A DNA stretch of 64,000 nucleotides from Octopus sinensis (lineage: Eukaryota): NCBI RefSeq assembly GCF_006345805.1, contig NC_042998.1:40238001-40302000 (forward strand), given 5' to 3'. Shown here in pieces: positions 39,525 through 52,004 of this stretch. The notes under the pieces are model-generated. The model ran no database searches and was not told where the DNA came from. It saw only the letters and a program-made list of their open reading frames with translations. Both the position numbers and the translations under genes were made by a program. Within the stretch, counting starts at the first letter, position 1. Each line of letters opens with the position of its first letter.

Positions 39525-41129
39525 ATAATATAAATAATATATAAATATATGCATATATACATACATATATGTACGTACCTACATCTATATGTATATATAC
39601 ATGCATATATGGGTACAGGACATAAAAAAAAAAACGTTGAACACAATGAGAAACGAAAACATAAAAACAAAAACATGGAAACGTACTATTTTTCAAACAA
39701 TAACAGGATTCTTTCAGTTTCCATCAACTAAATCCACTCGCAAAACTTTGATGAGCCCAAATACAAAACACTTGCCCAAATTCCTACATAGTAGGATTGA
39801 TCTCAGAACCGTTTAGTTGGGAAGCAAACTTCTCAACCACACAGACATGCCTTTACACACACACACACACACATACTCAAAACTTTTCCCAGTTGATTCA
39901 ATTCAGCTTGTTTATCTCACTTATGATATTAATGCACTTACAAAAGTTAAAAAGAGTTGCAGTTTGTCGTTCTCTTTGATAGTCACATACGCCATACTTA
40001 TAAGGGAAAACATATTTTTAAAACTATTAGGTTGATTGATTCACTTGCAAGATCAAAGTAAATCAATCTCCAATAACACAATTTGAAATGAAAACAAAAA
40101 TAAAATCATAGCAGACGACGTACGCGCGAGTGAGAGAGGAAGTGAGAGAAAGAGAAAGAGAGGGAGGGAGAGACATGGTCCAACAAACACTTTCTGTTAA
40201 TAAACTGTTTAAAGTTACTTCCCTTGATAACTGTTTTTCTAAAGAAATATTTATTCTCAGTACATCGGTCACATTACACAATCTTTCTTTTGTTGATCAC
40301 TCTGACCTTTGTATTCTGTAGGTCCTTCTTGTTTCATAGGGTGTGTATTTAGGCGCAGTTATTAGGGATAGCAACACTATCAGTATTACATGTGTGTGTG
40401 TGTGTGTGTTTCTTTTTGTTTCTCTGGAATTAGGTGGAAAGGGTAGCGTATTTAAGGTGGTTTTTAATGTAGATGAGTACAGATGCGTAAGGGTAATTTC
40501 AAATGAAGTGATAGGGACTGTGTTTTCTGCATCAATGATTTGTACTCTTTGACTGTCCAAGTCGTCTTTCATTTTAAGTATTTTTAATTTATCACGAGGG
40601 AGATAGTGGCTAGGGTAAGCGTACGACTTGCGACGTGGAAAGAGTGTAGCCTAGACAGGGCTACGATGATGAATCTAATATATTGTCTGTACATTATAGC
40701 CCACCACATACAGTACCAATAAATCTTTTATGTCGTGTAGGCATGCTTTCGAAACTTGCTTCCCAACCATGTGGTCTTGGGTTCAGTCCTATTGCACAGC
40801 ACCTTGAGTGTCTTCTACTTATAATCTGGTCAAACTAAAGCGTTTGACCCGGTCATAAAAACAACAAAAAAAAAAAAGCGTAATAGGTGTAAAACAACTT
40901 CCTCTAAACGAATATGACAAAAACATGCGCGCTCGCGAAGGGGGTGGGGTGGGGGAGAAGCCTCGGGAAAAATAAAAGATACAATTTCCTGAAATAGCTT
41001 TATATAAATATATCTGTATGATGGCCTTCATCTTGCACATCTTTCAATGTAAGTAGCAACTATGTCGTATTTTTTTAAATATATTCCAGCAAAGATGGGT
41101 GGGTTGGTGGTGGTGGCATTCAGCCATTA

Positions 41130-41545
41130 GTGGCAGCCGTGGCTATGTGGTAAGAACCTTGCTTCCAAACCACATGGTTCCAGGAAAGTGTCTTCTACTA
41201 TCGCTTTGGGCTGACCAAAACCTTGTGAGTGGATTTGGTGGACAGAAACTGAAAGAAGCCTGTCATATATATATATATATATAATATATATATATATAAT
41301 ATATATATGTATATATTTATGTGTGTGTCTGTGTTTGTCCCCCCCTCCCCGGTGCTTCACAACTGATGTTGGTGTGTTTATGTCCCCGTTACTTAAATGG
41401 GGACATAAACGGGTGCAGTTCGGCAAAAGTGACCGACAGAATAAGTACGAAGCTTACAAAGAATAAGTCTTGGGGTCGATTTTTTCGACTAAAAGGTGGT
41501 GTCCCAGCATGGCCACAGTCAAATGACATAAACAAGAAAAAGAGA
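41130..41545 (+). mobile_element. Major tRNA-SINE family, diverged copy
   Basis: Homologous to 38897-39323. Confidence 0.75.
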
Positions 41546-42242
41546 AAAAAATAAAAGAGAAAAGAAAATAAAGGGGAAAAGAGAAAGAAAATTCACAGCA
41601 ACAATGCTCTTCTCAGTATGTGTGATGTCCCTGTTAAGGCACTCTTTTGCACTTCCTGCATGGATGGTAAGCCAGGGATCATTCTTAAATAATTTTCCGT
41701 TATCATTATCATTGAGTGAGAGAGCAGCACATGCTACCAAAATGACACTGGGAAACCATTACCAATGTACCCATCATGACTACCCATCTGATAAGGGTAC
41801 ACCAGACACATACATCACAACCACGTGTGTAACATGGTGATCTTATATCAAGATAAACAGTGCATGACCTTGCAGGTGGAGCCCAGTTAGAATTTTCTTC
41901 AGGTCGAGTTGCCCATCCTGCTCAAAAGGTTTAAGGATGATGAATGAAACACCCATGTTTTCAGAGGTGAATTATTCAAACCCCAAAGAATTCCTTGCAA
42001 CACATGGCCATGATGTTCCCCCATTACTTCTGCTCATGATCAGAGATGCACATATCATCAGCCACTAAGGGACATGCTCAACTGGTTATGGTCAAACAAC
42101 TGACAAGCAAATCTCTGGTATTGAGCAGAATATTTACTGTAGCCCATCTTTTATACCAAGACAAAACAATGTACATGATAACACTTCCAATAAGTTAAGA
42201 TCAAAAGCCATGAGAGTCACTGCCTGGTATTGCATCAGGGCA

Positions 42243-42273
42243 GTTATTGTTGTTGTTGTTGTTGTTATTGTTA

Positions 42274-42308
<35 letters not shown>

Positions 42309-42320
42309 ATTATTATTATT
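42243..42320. repeat. (TTG)n/(TTA)n trinucleotide microsatellite
   Basis: Directly visible. Confidence 0.9.
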
Positions 42321-43059
42321 AAGGTTGCAAGCTGGCAGAACCAATGACACGTTAGACAAAATACTTTGTTGCATTTTGTCCATCTTTACATTCTGAAATC
42401 AAATTCTGCCAACATTGACATTGCCTTGCATCCTTTTGAGCTGATAAAATAAGTACCAGTAAAGCACTGGGCTTGATGTAATTGACTTCCTCTCCCCTCA
42501 AAAATTGCTGGCCCTGTACCAAAATTTGCAACTATTATTATTATTAAGAGTATGGATAGTAGAATTAATATCCTGTTAGACTAATGCATTGTACATGTTA
42601 TGATCATATGCTGGTGTGAATTGTTCTACAATATGAATTGGAAGTAGCTCGAGGTTTATAAACTAAATTGAACACACATACAGGTGTGTGTATTGTTAGT
42701 TTGTGAGTCAGCTGCGTTTTATGTTCTCTTGTGCCTAAAATGTATGTATGTTTGATTTTATTTTCTTTAAGGCTTTTTTAAGTTTGTGAAGTTTACCAAG
42801 CTTTGAAATATTATTCTTCAAGTGATTTTTGAAATCTTTTATTTTTCTGAGATTTGAGATTTCTTTAAAAAAAATCTAAAATCTTTTCACCTTTTCTTGT
42901 CTTGCCTGTAACTGCTTTTAGCTTCCTTTAATTTATTCAGTTACAATATTTCATCTACCTTCTTTACCTTCATAACCTCTCTTACTAACGGTGTTACCCT
43001 TTTGTCTTAATATACTTTATGTTCCGAGTTTAACTCATACTGTAACTAGTTTTACATTT

Positions 43060-43680
43060 CCTGTGCTTGAGAAGACTTGGCAAGCCAAGTGAGACCATAA
43101 CCCTTGGCCTATGCCAGTGGTGTAACCAGCCCACTTATGCATACCTTTCCTTCATTGGATACTAAACTCTGCTTGTGAAGACCTGTTGAGGCAAGTGAAA
43201 CCGAAATCAAATTCGATGACAGCACTGCATAATTGGCATCCGTGCAAGTGAAGCGCTAAGAGCACCATCCGAGTGTGATCGTTGCCAGGGCTGCTGACTG
43301 ACTTCTGTGCTGGTGGCATGTAAAGAGCACCATTTGAGCATGATTGTTACCAGCGTCACCCTACTGGCACTTGTGCCGGTGGCATGTGAAAAACAACATT
43401 CGAGCGAGGTCGTTGCCAGTGCTGCTGAACTGGCTCCTGTGCAGGTGGCACATAAAAAACACCATTTAAGCATGGCTGTTGCCAGTACCACCTGACTGCT
43501 GGTGGCACGTAAAAGTGCCCACTACACTCTCAGAGTGCTTGGCGTTAGGAAGGCCATCCAGCCGTAGAAACTCTACCAGATCAGAATGGAACCTGGTGCA
43601 GCCATCTGGCTCACCAGTCCTCAGTCAAACCGTCCAACCCATGCCAGATGGGAAAGCGGACGTTAAACGATGATGATGAT
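43060..43680 (+). mobile_element. RTE LINE 3' fragment with tandem ggtggca..aaaagcacc repeats
   Basis: Homologous to 22640-23181; (GAT)n tail. Confidence 0.75.
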
Positions 43681-43744
43681 CCTTTTGGAGTCAATAAAGT
43701 ACCAGTAAAATATACCTAGTCAATGTGGTTGACCCCCCCTTACC

Positions 43745-43952
43745 TTAACCCTTTAGCATTTAAACTGACCATAACTGGACAAAATATTCTCCCTTGTTTT
43801 ATGTTAAAACTGGTCAGATCAAGCTTCTCACACCTGCTGTATAACATTGTTTTAAAAATAAACAACTATATCATCAAAATCTCAAAGCTACAAGAGAATG
43901 TGAATAAATAAACCTTACATTTGACAGAGTAGTCAGAATTCTAAATGGTTAG
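43745..43952. mobile_element. piggyBac-like MITE remnant
   Basis: TTAA|CCCTTTAGCATT left end and degenerate aattctaaatggttag right end. Confidence 0.4.
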
Positions 43953-43959
43953 AGTTCAG

Positions 43960-44260
43960 CTGTGTTGCTCATACATTTTCCTTACTATATTAATGATTTA
44001 CTTGCTGTCACTCCTAATGATGCTCAATCTTATGCAGATGCTACCAATTTTCACTTTTCCCTAACCTTCTGCACACAGGCATGATTCACAGACCACCTTT
44101 ACATCTAACATCAAACCTGCACTTCCTCCATGAACAGAGGCTTACCACTGGGAACATAATCTTGTCTACTTCAGCAGCACAAAGATATTATCATTACGTG
44201 TATAAAAGAAACAATCTTGTACCTCACCCTCTTAGTCATACTCAAGAACAACATGCAATT
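43960..44260 (+). mobile_element. Old LINE RT remnant
   Basis: Degraded ..YINDL....SYADAT (YINDL..YADDT-like) RT core motif. Confidence 0.45.
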
Positions 44261-44367
44261 TAAACCCTCAAAGTCGTAACAAATACCACACCTCACAATT
44301 ATTGATGATTTCACATATATATATATATATATATAACAATTGCACACCTCACAATTATTGATGATTT

Positions 44368-44420
<53 letters not shown>

Positions 44421-44422
<2 letters not shown>

Positions 44423-44721
44423 CAATTGCAGCGTGGAAGGTGTTTATAAGCCATTTAAGAAACACACAAAATCCGTTAGATTTACTTCAACATTTAAATT
44501 TAATTTGTCAAAATATTTTCGTCGCTTTCAGACCGCGACCTGTTCACTGACAAAGCTTCGTGCTGCATCTGAGATGCAACAAATTAAATTTAAATGTTGA
44601 AGTGAATCTAACGGTTTTGTGTGTTTCTTGAATGGCTTATAAACACCTTCCATGCTGCAATTGTTTTTGTTCCAGCACACGATCTCAGATCAAGTCACTT
44701 GCTATGCAAGTACATCTCCAT
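44421..44721. mobile_element. Hammerhead-bearing fold-back element between (TA)n tracts
   Basis: Inverted arms of about 88 bp at 44421-44508 and 44579-44665 with few mismatches. The spacer holds most of a hammerhead variant on the - strand. Confidence 0.75.
44504..44554 (-). ncRNA. Hammerhead motif, G3:C8 compensatory variant
   Basis: UUUGUCA-GUGAACA-G-GUCGC(GGUCUGAAA)GCGAC-GAA-AAUAUU-U|UGACAAA. Stem I 7 bp, stem II 5 bp, palindromic stem III. Confidence 0.7.
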
Positions 44722-45717
44722 AATATATATATAACATGGCAAAAAATATATACCAAAGACTAGTCTTCTTCAGGGTCAGAAAATACTTTTGCTCTGAACA
44801 GTTGCTCATTCATTACAAGTGAGATCCCTAATGGAATACTGCTCTCATAGATAGAACAACTGCTAATGTACAGAAACAACTTAGAACACATCCATATGAA
44901 AGCCAATGGGTTGATTGACAAAGATTCACTGATATGGGTTAGAAAATTTCGGTCTCTAACTCATATCAACGCTGTCTCTTTACTCTTTCTTCTATTATCA
45001 TTGCTACTACAATTACCTGTGGTCCACAGAATTTGCTTGTTGCATACTACCTTTACCAACATCCATCTGTCTCTCCCTTCCTCATTCCCCACTCTACGCG
45101 TGTATCACTATGACCAATTCTCGTTCAATTCCCCAATCGTCAGGAATTTCGTTTTCAGACGTCCAATTACACATTTAAACTGAATACGAACCGTCTCAAT
45201 CTCACAAGTCTCGGGGGGACACACTAAGATCAAGGATACTGCTTCTTCATGGTGAAACACATATAAATAAGTTTTTTTTTTCCAGTGCCTCTTCGTCAAT
45301 TGTAATTTCTCTTGCGTTCGACATTCAGTATATTACACTAGCGTTTAATATCGTTATTTCAACGAAGTGTATGTTCAAAAGATATTTTTATAAGGAAAAG
45401 TCTAAAAAATTCCTTATTCTTTAAGACCTTTATATATTTCATTTCTTCGTGATGTTAAAAAATATTGTATAATATAAATATTAATTGCCCACGTAGACAC
45501 AAAGTCCTCGTCGATAATTCCAACGGAAAGTGGAATGAAATTGCGTGACATTCATATCTATCTCAGGTATTAACAGTATGAGAAATGTAAAGAGCAGTGA
45601 GCCAAAGAACTTAAATCACAAGCTCAGTCTCGTTAATCGTTTGGTCCATTTACAATTTGACACCACGCTAACGTATTATGAAGAATATTATTAGATGGTG
45701 AAGAAAGTACAAAGTAG

Positions 45718-45821
45718 AGGCCTGGGCAAAGGTAAAGAATACGCACACAGGTTTGTTTAGGGTTAGGGTTACGCCGAAAACGGGTGGTGAGCGTATTCTT
45801 TACATCCATCCATCAAGGCCT
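45718..45821. repeat. Tiny inverted-repeat element containing (TTAGGG)2
   Basis: gtaaagaatacgc (45732-45744) pairs with gcgtattctttac (45791-45803). AGGCCT occurs at both ends, and TTAGGGTTAGGG lies at 45757-45768. Confidence 0.6.
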
Positions 45822-46429
45822 GGACTAACTTTATAGTCAGTTGGTGTTTATGAAATAAGAATCTGGATAATTGTTCAGTTTACGTTCGTAAAATTAAAAC
45901 GTATTGTTGATAATATTGATAACTTACATTTTAGTTTTTTTTTCAGTTCTTGTTTATTTTTTTGAGGCGTACTTTTAGCTGCAAGTCTGTTTTATGAAAG
46001 GAAAGAAGAAAGCACTAAGAAATGATAGCTAGATAACAAGTCAGAAATATAGATTTATATGTGAGAGATACAAATAGTTTTATATATCGAGTAAATAATC
46101 ATTTTCTCGAAAACGAAGCTAGAAATCAGTTGTAAATAACAGATAAAGATGAAGGGGTGACATGAATGAGTGAAGTATCAGAGAACATACTTTAATGTAT
46201 TTAGTTATGTCCTTGTACACTTTTTTTTACGAATGCAAACTGAACAATTACCAGAACTTGTATATATATTACTGAGGTTCATAGTTTGACTAAAGTCCAT
46301 TTCTTGCCCTAATTGCCTTTGCATTGCAATGAGAACCAACAAAAATATTAAAAGCGAAGGGAGGTAATCCCGACTCATTGTTGACACAAACTTAGTGATA
46401 AAACGTCATCAAACATCCGCTTTTGTGAT

Positions 46430-46440
46430 GTCACATGACT
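46430..46440. promoter_or_regulatory. M-box/CLEAR element (MiT/TFE binding site) upstream of V-ATPase G
   Basis: GTCACATGACT (reverse complement AGTCATGTGAC), about 70 bp upstream of the ATG. Confidence 0.65.
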
Positions 46441-46507
46441 AGTCCACTACAGTTGCAGAAGAACTCAAGTACTTCACCTCGCTAATTTTCTTCCAAATAA
46501 ATCTATT

Positions 46508-46589
46508 ATGGCTAGTCAATCTGCTGGAATACAACAACTTTTGGCTGCTGAAAAGAAAGCTGCCGAGAAAGTAGCCGAAGCTAGAAAGC
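46508..46589 (+). CDS. ATP6V1G: V-type proton ATPase subunit G, coding exon 1
   Basis: MASQSAGIQQLLAAEKKAAEKVAEARK, then C|gtaag donor; 82 nt. Confidence 0.95.
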
Positions 46590-49500
46590 GTAAGTTATTT
46601 ACTGTTTTGTCTTGAGAATAAGAACTGATGGTATCTTCTTCGTTTGATATATATCCTCTTGTTTGGACATTGATCCCGAGACGCATTATTGTCGTCCACT
46701 GCATTTGGAACTAAGATACTATATTAGCATTTCATAATTATATAATTTTTCTTCTGTGATTTTCTTTTCATCACAGATTGTTAATTTAGTTTTAATACAA
46801 TAAAACCAAAGAAGATATCATCCTAGCTGTCCACTCCCCTTTTCTCAGTAAGTACTGTCATATGATATATAACCTTCAAATTTGGAATGAATATTTATTT
46901 AGGGAAGATTAAAATTATTTTTCAAAATTATCTCAAACCCATTAATAATTTAGCCAATTTTGGTGATGGTTTAAGTTAAATATTAGTATTTTATCCGCTT
47001 TATTATGTGTGATTTTTAATAACGACTGTAGATTTTTTTAATAATATGAATATCGATGGTATTACAATCGAAGGGCAAGGCCGTATATCGTTTTGCGTGG
47101 GCATTCTTTCAAAGATCATCTGATTTTCTATAGTGGTTGTATCACTTTGAAAAATCTTCACTCTGTCATGGCCTAAAATCTACGTGTATCGTTATTAAAT
47201 TAAATCTAGTAGCTTTCAACCAGCAGGTGTTCTGTTTGGCAGGTGCGTAATTATTTTTTCTTCAATAAAGTATTCCAAGCATATTTTACATTTCTTTTAG
47301 AAATTACGAAAGAAACACTGGAAGGGAAAATGAAAAGCTTCTCTCTCGATAATTTCAATGATAGACTTTGTTTCAGGAACCAGTTAGACTTATTTTGCTG
47401 ATTAATGTCCTGTTTCGTTGATTGGAAATTAAGAATACGATGGAAGCATTAAAAATGTTAAATTTTCTCAGGTGCATATTTACAAATATACTTGAAAATT
47501 GATACATTTTCGAATAACGGTATTTATTTACTTTACCGAAATATTGTGTCCACTTGAAAATACTAATTCTATGTTAACGACAGGCTAAGTCGCTACGCTA
47601 TTTGATACTGACACAATTTTCGGAAGAGACATTAATGATGTTTAGATCCGTCTGTTTTACTATGAAAGACTAAATACGTTTAATTTAAGGTCAAGTTGAA
47701 ATTTTCATAATATTCTTAATGTTATTTTTTATGTTTCGAAACTTTTCAGTATTTCTGTCGCATTAGAAACATTTTCTACTTTATATATTTGTTTTGTCAA
47801 CATCTACACAATCCAATATCGCAAAAACTGTATCGTCTAGACAAAGCTTCTCCAAACCCAGAAAATACATCCGCCTTGATTGATTACTAACCCTCTGCTA
47901 AGCTTAGGAGCAACCTATATTACAGAGTTCTGTTATACAGATAAACATCCTAGAATGCATTCAAATGAAAACCATTTTACCGATTGGCAAGGATTCATTC
48001 ACTAACACACTACGATCAGATATATTGTTTATCTCTCTCTGTTCTACATTACAACAGCCTCAGCTACTCTCAACTAGCCTACTGCTTCCTACTTTGCATA
48101 ACACCTGTTTCATCTTGTCACCCTACTGTGTATATATCTTATCTCCCACACTTAACTTTCTGCCATATCATCCCTTCCCATATTGAAAGTCCTCTAGAAT
48201 TCTTATCCTTTGTCTTGCTCGTTTTCTTGTAGACTGATTTACAGAAATCGAAATTGAACATTAACTGCACTTATCACAGCAGACGGGGTGGGTGGTGGGC
48301 TGCAACGATCATTAGTACCAGTTTTTTTCCTCTAATAAATAAATAAAAATTTTAAAAATTCGAAGTACTCATACAAAAAATCAAATTACATAGTGAAATA
48401 AAAAATGTGAAATTGAAAGATTAGCTATAACCAGCTTTTGATATCCTGTATAAGACTCCACAACTACATTTTTAACCATCCACAGATACCAGAACGTTAT
48501 TTTAACAACATAGTGAAACCACCAATTTTTTTGTTTTAATCCAGAAAACACAAACTCACATGCAGCCCACGATACTTGAAACCTTAGTAGCCTGACTATA
48601 TGCAAATTCTCTGTTAGGTTATCAACTAGGAATGAATCTTTAAGCCTCAAGACCATTGTATAATGACTTTAGTCTCTCTTTCTAGCTTCTGCTAGGAGAT
48701 CTGGGTTGTACAGCTTGTTGTAACAGAGTCCAACATCTTCAAACCCAGCCGATCCCAGAACACTATATAGTGTCTTCTTAATAAATACTATATGCCTCGC
48801 TAATTCAGATTAAAAAAATGCACATAAAAATAGCTGCTGTATCAATAATCTCATAAATTAAAAAAAAATCTATGCTGGAATGCACACCACTAATGATGAG
48901 TGCAGAAAATCAACAGCTCTCATGTTCTGACTCTACTTTGCTGGTCAGAATGTACAGGTGTACAGGAATACTAGATAATGCTGAGAATACTTGTTCAAAG
49001 TACAACACTGCACCCCCATGTGGCTAGCTTGTTGGAGTTGCTTGTTCTCAGCTTGGTGGAAATATGGTATATCTGATTTGTGAATTTCTATGGACTAGAA
49101 GTTTGCTCGTAGGCTGATATAGCATTACATAACAACTGCCACCTTCATCTTCAGTAATATCTGAGTAGATTTTAAACAAAGGTAGCTCCATGTTCTAATT
49201 GTTACTCTTACCATAAAAATCAAGGGTACTGATTTTAAGTTGCTCTTAAGTTATGATGAGCTTCCCTTAACCTTGGTTAACTTAATCGGAATAATTCAAC
49301 AACAATCAAGTTAGAATAACATGGACATTTATAGTGTACTCTTTCTTCATATACTTTGTTCATTTTGATTTAAAAATCAATGTAAGAGCTAATTTCAATT
49401 TGTGCCAAGTTTCTTAGACATAGCCCCAAAAACAAAACCAGAAAACAAACAAAAATCAGTAAAAGTGGATTTTTTATTTGCTAAAAGATAAATAAATAAA

Positions 49501-52004
49501 ATGGTAGTTTATTATAATGAATCATTTTGCATCTTTTGGGATACATTGTATGACTTTTTTTCAGTTGTCTTGGTACTAATTTGGTTCCTATGAGAGCCAT
49601 AATGCTTAGATTACTACAGTTTGAGTCTCAAATGATGTGTTATTGAACTAGATATTAGCAACTTTCAGATATTCAATTATTTCATTTTCTTTAAACATTG
49701 ATTCATTTTACTTCAAATGCAGTTTCTCATAAGTACTAAAAAGCAACTCAAATATCCGTTATCGTATTTACTCTACCTGTTCTAAATGTCAGAAATTCTT
49801 TTGTAATTTTTCTTGGCACTCTTTTATAGCCTTTTACTTTTATATTTCATCATGCATTGGTCATGAACTTCTTTTTTACTATACACTTCCTTGTCATAAA
49901 CAGTTATCCTGCTAGTTAAAATTCTTGACACTATATATTCAAAGAGAAGGTGACAAAGACCTATCTTAACAAATGAAGGCTCTATTTTTCTGTTATGTTA
50001 TAACTTAAAGCTAACTGTATATCTTACATGTACACTTTAAACTCAACACAAATCCTTCATAAAAATCTATCAAGCACACTTGTGGTTTTGTGCTAAGAAA
50101 AAAAGCCATAATGCTATATGTGTAAGTATAAAAACTTATATAATAGAATTTCAAGATGACATATTAAACTAGAAGTATTGGTATTAACTTAACTGTGCTA
50201 GCCATATAAAATGTATATATGCATGCGCACATGCATTTAATGGTATAACACTGGAGTTGAGGACTTGTTACCCATATGAACTTCCCTATACTGATGAACT
50301 ATGCCTTACAACTGAATTTCTTCAACTACTGCAAAAATTCCAAACCTCAAATGATTTAGCAGGAAGGGAAAGAATAAAAGATACAAAAAGTGCAGTAGAA
50401 ATTTTAAGAGACTAACAAAGAATCAGGACTTCACATGTACTAGATTTTCAGGAATAGTTAGTAATAGGGGTATCCTTAATTTTGCTCAGATAGCTCACTA
50501 GTTGTGGCTAGTTTGTTACTTAGGTGACTTAATTGGTATTGTATGTATTGGAAAGGAAAGTATAATTATTAGACTAAGAAAAGAGGCAAAAAGCAGACTG
50601 TATGGAGCATGTTAAAAAAAATATGTACTACAAGTTGTGAAGACATGTACATTGAATGTATAGGGCAACGTAGAGAATTATGATTTATTGGATGTGTAAC
50701 TTTATCTTGCATGGAAAGTAGAATATAGGTAGACATTGTATACTGAAAAGATTACTGCACTTGTATAGATATGGGATATGAATTGATGTAGATGAGTACA
50801 GAGTAAAAAAAAGTACGGTATTGATAGTAAAGAAGTGGTCAAGTCAAGTTTTAGCATATTTGGCCTAAGATGAGAAGAATGGTAGTGTGGTAAACCCTAT
50901 GAAATAAAAGTACATGTGTATACACACACACACACACACATGAAGTTTTGGGTTATTTCTTTATTGCTGGATTCATTGTTGAATTTGGCTTATCTCTGCA
51001 CTCTAAGTTCAAATCTCAGTGAGGTCAACTCTGCTTTCATCCTTTCTGGTTAGATAAACACTACCAGATAAACACTACAGTGAATTGGTGGTAATATAAG
51101 AATATTAAACTGAATGCCTTGCAGTATTTGTTCTGCTGTTTGCATTCAGAGTGCAAATTCTTCCATAACCTGTTTTGGTGGAAGACTTAACCTGTTGCCT
51201 GGTTTAACACCACCACCTGGTGTTTTTGGTGCAGCCCTCTCTATTGCAAGCATTTAGGCCAGGTTTTCAGTTTGAGGATATCTTCTTCCTCCCCTTTCTT
51301 CCACTAGCCTCTGAGGCCCTGTTATAAAAAATAAGAAAAAATTAAAGCATTTAGAAGTTGAAAGGCTGATTAAACCATTTACATACTACAGTGAATAGAG
51401 TATTTAAAAACCAATTTCAAGTAGTACCCATAAAATATTACATGGAAAATTTTGCTCCTGACCATGAGTCATATTTTATCTTCAAAATACTGAATGTGAA
51501 ACCCATGATACTAATTCTGTTTAATATTGGTTTGAAGATATTTTTGTTGTGATATCTTTACTTGATATTAAGAGTGCTTACAATTGTCTTTTTTCTGTTT
51601 TTGGTTGATGAAAGGTTTCTTTATTGGTCCTAGTTCCTAGCTTGTTTGTATGTCTGTATGCGCAGGTATGGCTGTAAAATAATGGAGTTCATTTTCTAAC
51701 CATCAGGTTTCAGATTCCATCCTACCACTTAGTAGCTTTGGATGGACTTGTGTCTTGTGAGTAAAAGTGGTTGATGGAAATTGTACAGAAGCCATTCCTA
51801 TGTGTGTGTGTGTATACACACTCACCCACACCCAAGGAGCCAGAATCAGTAAAAAAAGTCTTGTATAAGTAAAAAAAAAGATATAATTGTAAGCAATCAT
51901 AATACTGAGTGAGGTTGACTTATGTCACAGCAAAAATGTTCTTAAACCAATATTAAGAAGAGTTATACATGTATTTATATCATATTACATATACATGCAT
52001 TGTT

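Noticed and set aside
42020-42065. CUGAUGA on the - strand as a hammerhead
   Set aside because: It is followed by GAAG rather than GAAA and has no stem I/III. It is part of a dispersed repeat also seen near 15930.
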